From: Pyrodictium abyssi
GTDB taxonomy: Archaea; Thermoproteota; Thermoprotei_A; Sulfolobales; Pyrodictiaceae
DNA length: 32,000 nucleotides
Assembly: GCF_036323395.1 (NCBI RefSeq)
Contig: NZ_AP028907.1
Coordinates: 240,001-272,000 of the forward strand
Direction of reading: 5' to 3'
Shown here: in pieces, positions 25,433-32,000 of the stretch
How the letters are laid out: each line of letters opens with the position of its first letter
How positions within the stretch are numbered: position 1 is the stretch's first letter
The notes under the pieces: model-generated
Seen by the model: the letters and a program-made list of their open reading frames with translations, nothing else
Databases searched by the model: none
Told to the model about the DNA's origin: nothing
Position numbers and translations under genes: made by a program

Positions 25433-25641
25433 CCCCACCAACACCGGATATAGCCCGCGGCGCACCGCGGCACCACCTCCTTCTAACACACCCTAGTCCC
25501 TACAGCGCCGCTACCCTCTACGGCGCCGGTAAGCTGGTTACCGGGGAAGGACAACATCAGAGTAACCGCGCGTAGCTCATCCTTTAGCTTACCGGGACAA
25601 AAGAGAATCATGGCCACATAGGCCTCTAGGTGGCTCGTTGC

Positions 25642-26194
25642 ATGCCTAGGCATATTGTAGATGGGCTAGTCGAGGATCACGACCATATACTTAGGGCGCT
25701 CGACCTCTTAATGGAGTCGCTGAGCCTGCTTGAGCAAGGAAAGCTAAGCCCCCGACGCTGTAGAGGAGCTCATAGACTTCCTCTCGAAGTTCGCTGACCA
25801 GTGCCACCACGGTAAGGAAGAGCTAGTCCTTTTCCCTGTCCTCGAGAAGCACGGTATACCACTCCACGGTGGACCAATAGGCGTCATGGTGTGCGAGCAC
25901 GGCGTGGGGAGGTACATGCTGCGCAACGCGAGGAGTGCCCTTGAACGCCTACGGGGAGGCGAGTATAGTGCTATAGAGGGTCTGAGGAGGTATGCTGAGT
26001 CGTATAGGGAGCTGCTAGTCCAGCACATAGACAAGGAAAACAACGTACTATTCCCCATGGCTAAGCAGGTTGTCGCCGAAGGAGAGCTAGTAGAAGAAGC
26101 CGAAAGGGTTGAGAGGGAGCATAACCACGAGGAGATGCTCAGGAAGCTAGAGGAACTACAGAGGGCCATCGAGGCAGCTAGTTCTAGCGGCTAA
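25642..26194 (+). pseudogene. Hemerythrin-like (HHE cation-binding) protein gene interrupted by a +1 frameshift
   Basis: The frame from ATG 25642 reads MPRHIVDGLVEDHDHILRALDLLMESLSLLEQGKLSP, then terminates at TGA 25795. The next frame is open from 25748 and reads PDAVEELIDFLSKFADQCHHGKEELVLFPVLEKHGIPLHGGPIGVMVCEHGVGRYML...HIDKENNVLFPMA... to 26194. The junction is the C5 run at 25749-25753. Confidence 0.8.
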
Positions 26195-26284
26195 AGCACC
26201 GCTGCGTGGAGTACCGCTTCCAAAGGGCTGAACCATTACCATCCACGGCCATGAGGCTGCGCGGCCGACCCCGGCTCCCAGTCC

Positions 26285-26757
26285 TCACATTCCACGGTAG
26301 CTGTGCTTCACTTTTACCTCGAGGAGCCCCCGCAGCTTAGCCCCATAGTCCGGCGGCAGCCTGTGCCCGTGCTCGCTGTAGAGCTTCATGACGTAGCCCT
26401 CGCGGCCCCTGAAGTAGTCGAGCCACTCTAGCAGCCTCCTGGGCGACGGGCTCCCCTCGGCGTCTACCACCATGTAGCTGGGATGCTCCAGCCCAGTCTT
26501 CTCGGCCAGGTCCATCCTTTCCCCGGGGCTCAGGGCGCGCGCCAGGAACGGGGCGTCGCGTAGGCCTGGGCGAGGGCGTTGAGGAGCCACTGTGGCGCTC
26601 TGCGCCCAGAGCCCGTGTAGACCCGGCCGCCGTGCACCACCAGGAGGTAGCCGTCTAGCTTCTCCTCGAGCACTATAGGCCCCTGTACACGTAGCCTACC
26701 CATGTCCACTAGGCGCTTGTAGTCCATGAGCCGGATTACGGGGTGTAGCAGGGCCAT
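26285..26757 (-). pseudogene. Miniature RNA-ligase-like nucleotidyltransferase, split into two overlapping ORFs (frameshift between 26530 and 26590)
   Basis: The upstream ORF (26757..26530) carries motif I, VLEEKLDGYLLVVHGGRVYTGSGR. The downstream ORF (26590..26285) carries SYMVVD (motif III-like), REGYVMKLY (motif IV, EG.V.K) and LEVKVKH (motif V). Together they total about 170 aa. Confidence 0.55.
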
Positions 26758-26785
26758 GCTCTCCCAGCGCTCCCCGCCAGCCGGG

Positions 26786-27553
26786 CTACCCGGTATCCAG
26801 GCTTCTAGCCACCATGTATAAGCCCGTCAGCAGGTAGTAGAGGGCCGCTATAAGCCGTAGCGTCCTCGCCTCTAGCCGGAGCAGCACCCTCGCCGACACC
26901 GTGGCGCCGGTGTACGTGCCGGCGAGCAGGAGCAGCGACAGCGCGGGGTCTACGCGGCCCGCCAGCGCGTGGCCCACGACACCGGTGAGCGCTGTTACGC
27001 CCACCATTAGCTTGCTCGTGGCCACTGCTGCGTGTACATCGAACCCCAGGACTAGGACCAGTAGCGGCACCTTCAGCACGCCGCCACCGATCCCGAACAC
27101 GGCGGACACGAGGCCGGCTGCCAGCGATACGAGCCAGCCCAGGCCAAGCCTCCAGGCCGGTATCTCCGCTAGGCCTCTCCAGCCGCCCTCGGGCCTGATC
27201 CTCTCCAGGGCGGTGAAGCTAGCCGCGGACGCTACCAGCACGAGGCCGAGGAGGAGGGTGAGTACCCGGCTCTCGAGCCTACCCAGGACCTCCACACCGA
27301 CAACCGCGCCTAGTATCGAAGCCGTCTCGAGGAACACAGCCATTCGTGGATCCACTAGGCCGCGCCGGTACAGCCGGCGGAGCCCGCCCAGGCTCGTACC
27401 CAGTATCGCCACCAGGCTGGCCGGCACAGCCCTCTTGATGTCTACCCCTGCGAGGACCAGCAGCGGCACCATGACGCTGCCGCCGCCGATCCCCAGCAGG
27501 GTCCCCAGGAATCCGGCCACAAGGCCTATCGCTAGCGGCTCTAGCAGGTTCAA
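26786..27553 (-). CDS. TauE/SafE-family (DUF81) anion exporter membrane protein
   Basis: 255 aa. It has the duplicated motif GFLGTLLGIGGGSVMVPLLVL ... AVFGIGGGVLKVPLLVL typical of TauE/DUF81. The TTG start directly abuts the AOR stop codon. Confidence 0.85.
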   Translation of the reverse strand: MNLLEPLAIGLVAGFLGTLLGIGGGSVMVPLLVLAGVDIKRAVPASLVAILGTSLGGLRRLYRRGLVDPRMAVFLETASILGAVVGVEVLGRLESRVLTLLLGLVLVASAASFTALERIRPEGGWRGLAEIPAWRLGLGWLVSLAAGLVSAVFGIGGGVLKVPLLVLVLGFDVHAAVATSKLMVGVTALTGVVGHALAGRVDPALSLLLLAGTYTGATVSARVLLRLEARTLRLIAALYYLLTGLYMVARSLDTG

Positions 27554-29521
27554 CTACGTGCTGCCTCCCTGCTGGTCGCCGCCGAGGCCCAGTAGGCTCC
27601 AGAGTTTTTCACGGAAGCGCTCCCACCACTCCCTGGCTGCTACCGGGTCGCTGGCCATCCTGGGGCCCCAGTCGCGGTCGCCGAGCTCCACGGCTATGCC
27701 CGCGACCATGTCTATTGTCTTCCTGCTCTCCCAGGGCCTGGGCTCCGCGCCTGCCTGGAGCTGGTACCGGGCTATAGCCCGGAGCGTCTCGAGGGCGTGG
27801 CTCCGGAGGTTGACGTCGAGGCCTAGTAGCTCGTGGTATAGGTGCTGGAGTAGCTGCTCGGCCCAGCGTCTGTGGAACCGGCATAGGCCCGCGTTGTCGA
27901 CGAGATACTCTGCTATCATCCTGTCGAGGACGGCCTCTGCTAGCTCCTCTGGCGAGGCGAAGCTCGGGCTGTACACGGTCCAGTACCTGCCCGGCACGGG
28001 GACTGGGGCCACGAGGCCCGGGCTCCAGTAGAGGTTCGGCGTCATGTAGCCCCGCTCGCCGTAGGCCGAGTAGACGGCCACGTCCTGATATCCGGTCCGG
28101 TACATGTAGACCCTACCGCTGTACCGTAGGTTCAGCGCGTGTGCAGCCGCCCTCAGCCCCCGCCTGGCGACCAGGGTGAGTAGCCACCCGCGGTGCTCCA
28201 CTAGGCCCTCGAGTATGGCGCGCGCCGCCTCGGCGTTAGCCCTGCTGTCGCGCTCGGCCCGGTAGACGGTTGGGTCGAATACGGGGCGCTCGCTGAGCCC
28301 GAGCTCCCCGGGGCTCAGCATACCCCGCTGGAGCAGGTCGAAGAGCCACGCCACTATGTGGCCGGCCTCGATAGCGTCTATCCCCAGCTCGTCCGCGAGC
28401 TCCACTAGGCCCGCCATGTCCTCGGCCCGGAGCACGCCCGAGAACGGGCCGAGAGCGTTAGAGGGCTCATAGTCTATCTTCACCCCTCTCCACAGCTTCT
28501 TGCACACAGCCGGGCACGGCTCGCCACAGGTCCTCCAGGGCCGGGGCCCAGGCTTCTCGAAGACCTCGCGCTGGACCGGCTTCCAGAGCTCCTCGAGGAC
28601 CCTGTCTACCAGGCTGCTACGCGCCGCCTTCGAGAGGTACACGGTGTTGAAGCCGAAGAAGGGGAGCAGGTCGCGGTAGTGCAGGTAGTTCACGCCGAAG
28701 GTCCCGCCGCTACCGAGCCGGGGGTCGTACCGGTACTTCGCCGTGGCCCGCTCCACCGCCTCGGCGTAGCTCTTGCCGAGCACACGGCGACTCACCTCGT
28801 CCAGGAGCCGGGCGTCGCGCAGCCGCGGATTATCGCGCGAGGGGTCGTACTCGCCGCCATAGACTATCGCTGCTACGCCGTGGCCCTGGAGCAGTACGCT
28901 CCCCGCGCCGCCCCGGCTAGCAGAGTCGACGACGCCCCCGGGCCGGCCCCGCTCCACGTTGAAGCTGAACACACCAGCCATTATCGTCCGGGCAGCCGCC
29001 GGCCCCACCACCAGGGCCCCAGCCCGGGACAGCCCCTGGCCGTACCGCTCCAGGACGTAGGCTGCTAGCGCCCGGGTCCCCCGGAGCCCCTGGTAGCCCC
29101 TCCACACCTCCCAGAGCTGGTCCCACCCGATCTCCTCCACCCTGGCCTCCACAGAGCCGTCCACAGAGCCCCTGAGCACTAGGGCTACGGGCTCCTCGCG
29201 CCACCCCTCAACCACTACGCCGTGGACGCCGGCCGACACGAAGCGGTAGCACACACCGCCAACCGTGCTCACGTGCAGGCCCCGCGTGACCGGGCTACGG
29301 AACACCAGCGCCATCCTGTGGGCCCCGAACACCCGGCCACCCGCGAACGGGCCACAGCCCGCCACGACCACGTTGCGGGCCGAGAACACGGGGGAGCCAT
29401 GGCTCCCGGCGTCCAGGTGCACCTTGACACCATAGTCCACGGGGCCGAGGACACCAGGCATACCCGCCTCGACGACCCTAGCCTCGCCAGAAGCCACGTT
29501 GACGTGCAGGAAGCGGAGCAC
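27554..29521 (-). CDS. Aldehyde:ferredoxin oxidoreductase (AOR) family tungsto/molybdopterin enzyme
   Basis: N-domain: LRFLHVNVASGEARV...GCGPFAGGRVFGAHRMALVFRSPVT...GGVCYRFVSAGVHGVVVEG. Cys cluster TCGEPCPAVCKK. ADELGIDAIEAGHIVAWLFDL and VDNAGLCRFHRRW are AOR-family hallmarks. I start it at GTG 29519-29521. The track ORF extends 30 codons further, to 29611. Confidence 0.85.
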   Translation of the reverse strand: MLRFLHVNVASGEARVVEAGMPGVLGPVDYGVKVHLDAGSHGSPVFSARNVVVAGCGPFAGGRVFGAHRMALVFRSPVTRGLHVSTVGGVCYRFVSAGVHGVVVEGWREEPVALVLRGSVDGSVEARVEEIGWDQLWEVWRGYQGLRGTRALAAYVLERYGQGLSRAGALVVGPAAARTIMAGVFSFNVERGRPGGVVDSASRGGAGSVLLQGHGVAAIVYGGEYDPSRDNPRLRDARLLDEVSRRVLGKSYAEAVERATAKYRYDPRLGSGGTFGVNYLHYRDLLPFFGFNTVYLSKAARSSLVDRVLEELWKPVQREVFEKPGPRPWRTCGEPCPAVCKKLWRGVKIDYEPSNALGPFSGVLRAEDMAGLVELADELGIDAIEAGHIVAWLFDLLQRGMLSPGELGLSERPVFDPTVYRAERDSRANAEAARAILEGLVEHRGWLLTLVARRGLRAAAHALNLRYSGRVYMYRTGYQDVAVYSAYGERGYMTPNLYWSPGLVAPVPVPGRYWTVYSPSFASPEELAEAVLDRMIAEYLVDNAGLCRFHRRWAEQLLQHLYHELLGLDVNLRSHALETLRAIARYQLQAGAEPRPWESRKTIDMVAGIAVELGDRDWGPRMASDPVAAREWWERFREKLWSLLGLGGDQQGGST

Positions 29522-29592
29522 AGACAAGACCGCCGCCCCGGAGACGGTATAGCAGCCCGCCCACGTAATATCTACCGGAGGACGGGGGAGAC

Positions 29593-29991
29593 GTGGCCCC
29601 GACCCGTGCACGAGACCTCATACGCGATACGCGCCCGGTCTACACAGGCCCCGAGACGAGCGTGAAGAAGGCCGCGGAGCTCATGGCCGAGCACAACATC
29701 GGCAGCATACCAGTGGTGGACGCCAGCGGCCGGCTAGTAGGCATATTCACAGAGCGCGACCTCACACGCCTAGTAGCCAGAGGCGAAGACCTAGACAGGC
29801 CGCTAAGAGACGCGATGACCCCAAACCCCGTGACCGCGCACCCAGACGACCCCCTGCCACTCCTAGCCTACAAGATGATAGAACACAACATACGCCACAT
29901 ACCAGTCGTAGACGACAACGGCAGGCTACTAGGCGTAGTAAGCATACGCCGAGTACTACGCCACCTAATAGCCCGAGAAGAATGGCCCTAG
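29593..29991 (+). CDS. CBS-domain pair protein
   Basis: 132 aa with two CBS repeats (HNIGSIPVVDASGRLVGIFTERDL and HNIRHIPVVDDNGRLLGVVSIRRVL). GTG start. It is divergent from the AOR gene. Confidence 0.85.
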   Translation: MAPTRARDLIRDTRPVYTGPETSVKKAAELMAEHNIGSIPVVDASGRLVGIFTERDLTRLVARGEDLDRPLRDAMTPNPVTAHPDDPLPLLAYKMIEHNIRHIPVVDDNGRLLGVVSIRRVLRHLIAREEWP

Positions 29992-30024
29992 GGAGAGCAC
30001 AGGCCCGCAAGAGGCACAGGGGCG

Positions 30025-30210
30025 TTGAAGCCCCACCGCCCAGCAGCAGGGCTCGCAACCCTCCTCCTACTAGCCATCATAGCCAACAGCACCGTAGTGC
30101 TCCACATTACACACATCTACAAGACCCAGTACACCCTATACCCTAGCAAATGGCGCATAGGACTACCAATAATCATCTTGCTAGCAGCCTCCAGCACCTA
30201 TGCTACATGA
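30025..30210 (+). CDS. Small hypothetical membrane protein (61 aa, two hydrophobic segments)
   Basis: TTG start. Hydrophobic segments are GLATLLLLAIIANSTVVL and IGLPIIILLAASS. The TGA stop overlaps the next ORF's ATG (ATGA at 30207-30210). Codon endings are A/C-rich, like the adjacent CBS gene. Confidence 0.4.
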   Translation: MKPHRPAAGLATLLLLAIIANSTVVLHITHIYKTQYTLYPSKWRIGLPIIILLAASSTYAT

Positions 30211-30425
30211 TCCTCTCCTCTAGAAGACTCGACAAGGTTACCAAAGCTATATGCATACTCACTGTTGCGGCAAACTGGGGCTCACTCGCCACCCTAGCAC
30301 TATACACACACGACGTACTCGTCTACACAGGCCTAGCAGCATCACTCATACTCGGCACAACCATACTATACACCCTACAGCGCATAGAGACACCCACGCA
30401 CCAGAAGAGGCCTCTAGCCTCCTAG
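30207..30425 (+). CDS. Small hypothetical membrane protein (72 aa, two hydrophobic segments)
   Basis: ATG at 30207 lies inside track ORF 30150..30425. Sequence: MILSSRRLDKVTKAICILTVAANWGSLATLALYTHDVLVYTGLAASLILGTTILYTL... It is coupled to the preceding ORF through the ATGA overlap. Confidence 0.4.
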   Translation: MILSSRRLDKVTKAICILTVAANWGSLATLALYTHDVLVYTGLAASLILGTTILYTLQRIETPTHQKRPLAS

Positions 30426-30862
30426 CACACCTCCCGGCCAGTCCACACAGCCACATAGCCCCCAGAGAACCCGCCACGACGCCGCCTCTTCTCATCAGCA
30501 GCCCGGACCAGGTCCCCCAGACCCAGCCCCCGAAGCCGGAGCCACTCACGCAGAGCCTCAAACAAGTCAGCAGCCTCCTCGATAGACCCCGACTCAGCCA
30601 GCTCCATAGCTTCCTCCACGATCTTAGCCCTCAGAAGCGCCTCCAGCTCCGAGCCAGAAACCCTGTAGACGACAACACCCTCCTGGCCCTCGAGCTCCCT
30701 CCCAATCCCGTCGCGCACAAGTTTCCAACACACCAACCCCAGGACCCCAGCACCAAGAATCCGGAAGGGAAGCCAATAAGCCAATAGAACACGCAGAACC
30801 AGAAGCGCCGGCATACAAGCCAGAGGCACAAGCCCCCAGAAACAAGAGCACATCGAGGACAC
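30422..30862 (-). CDS. Hypothetical membrane-anchored protein (doubtful)
   Basis: 146-aa ORF with two N-terminal hydrophobic segments and a helical acidic C-domain. The region is T-poor, so four frames are open here. The codons almost never end in A, unlike the neighbouring genes. Confidence 0.3.
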   Translation of the reverse strand: MSSMCSCFWGLVPLACMPALLVLRVLLAYWLPFRILGAGVLGLVCWKLVRDGIGRELEGQEGVVVYRVSGSELEALLRAKIVEEAMELAESGSIEEAADLFEALREWLRLRGLGLGDLVRAADEKRRRRGGFSGGYVAVWTGREVC

Positions 30863-30991
30863 AACAATTCAAACAGGAGGTGGAACCGACAGAAGCCGGA
30901 TACCAGTGGAACACATCACGCAGCGAAGAGCGGGGGCCCAGACCCCGCAGCTAGGACCCAGGGGCCCTAGGCCCCGGGCCCTGGACCCCTT

Positions 30992-31028
30992 GGCGGGCCA
31001 CGCAGCCCTATACCCAGCGTGGCCCGCC
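30992..31028 (-). other. Perfect 12-bp stem-loop in the 23S rRNA 3' trailer
   Basis: GGCGGGCCACGC (30992-31003) and GCGTGGCCCGCC (31017-31028) are exact reverse complements around a 13-nt loop. Confidence 0.6.
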
Positions 31029-31039
31029 CCCGGGCGAGA

Positions 31040-32000
<961 letters not shown>

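Noticed and set aside
25339-25575. 78-aa plus-strand ORF
   Set aside because: It reads straight through the tRNA-Asp gene (25355-25432) and is therefore spurious.
25744-26169. 141-aa minus-strand ORF
   Set aside because: It is antisense to the hemerythrin-like gene and has a Ser/Leu-rich low-complexity product. The sense strand carries clear HHE-type motifs.
26901-28031. 376-aa plus-strand ORF spanning the TauE and AOR genes
   Set aside because: It is antisense to two genes with clear family signatures. Its product is low-complexity (S/P/R/A/T-rich). Long antisense ORFs are expected in a ~70% GC stretch.
30251-30787. 178-aa plus-strand ORF
   Set aside because: Its product is H/T/P/Q-rich low complexity. 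The ORF is open only because the region is T-poor, and its 5' part overlaps the more plausible small membrane ORF in another frame.
25433-30900. Integrated mobile element at tRNA-Asp
   Set aside because: There is no integrase or other mobile-element gene. The only tRNA-derived repeat is 9-12 nt. GC content rises only from about 26.3 kb, not at the tRNA itself. It is kept as a low-interest finding rather than called as a feature.

Overview
This is a dense, almost entirely minus-strand core chromosomal region of a hyperthermophilic crenarchaeon. It looks Desulfurococcales-like, but I cannot name the species from sequence alone. The supplied ORF track treats GTG and TTG as starts, and I confirmed many of these codons by hand.

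Gene content from left to right:
- Archaeal-type mevalonate-pathway genes (AcnX small and large subunits, UbiD-type decarboxylase), packed into one co-directional string with a Clp1-type polynucleotide kinase and an unknown protein with an RNase H-fold (YqgF/RuvX-like) signature.
- A RadA paralog and CarS on the plus strand.
- A long information-processing array: Nop10, aIF2-alpha, S27e, L44e, GINS51, PriS, PCNA, a small ORF, TFS, RpoL, an unknown 225-aa protein, Csl4, a METTL5-like methyltransferase, Dph2 and L10e.
- Four consecutive methyltransferases: THUMP-type, SPOUT/TrmJ-like, HemK/Mtq2-like and KsgA.
- DUF655, RpoF, L21e, Pus10, a TrmY-like SPOUT ORF, SRP54, a polytopic membrane protein, aIF5A and tRNA-Asp(GUC).

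Right of the tRNA the character changes:
- a hemerythrin-like gene broken by a +1 frameshift in a C5 run;
- a miniature RNA-ligase-like gene split into two overlapping ORFs;
- a markedly GC-rich TauE plus AOR-family operon;
- a CBS-pair gene and two tiny coupled membrane ORFs;
- a T-poor segment open in four reading frames;
- the 3' ~960 nt of a 23S rRNA gene (minus strand) running off the window.

I found no CRISPR array, transposase, integrase or recognisable defence gene, and I cannot point to a clear novel multi-gene system. The best leads are:
- the Clp1 plus RuvX-like pair welded to the mevalonate operon;
- the compositionally foreign AOR-TauE-mini-ligase block next to two frameshifted genes;
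- the Pus10/TrmY-like/methyltransferase modification array;
- the compositionally aberrant stretch just downstream of the 23S gene.

All functional calls come from motif recognition by eye, not from searches.
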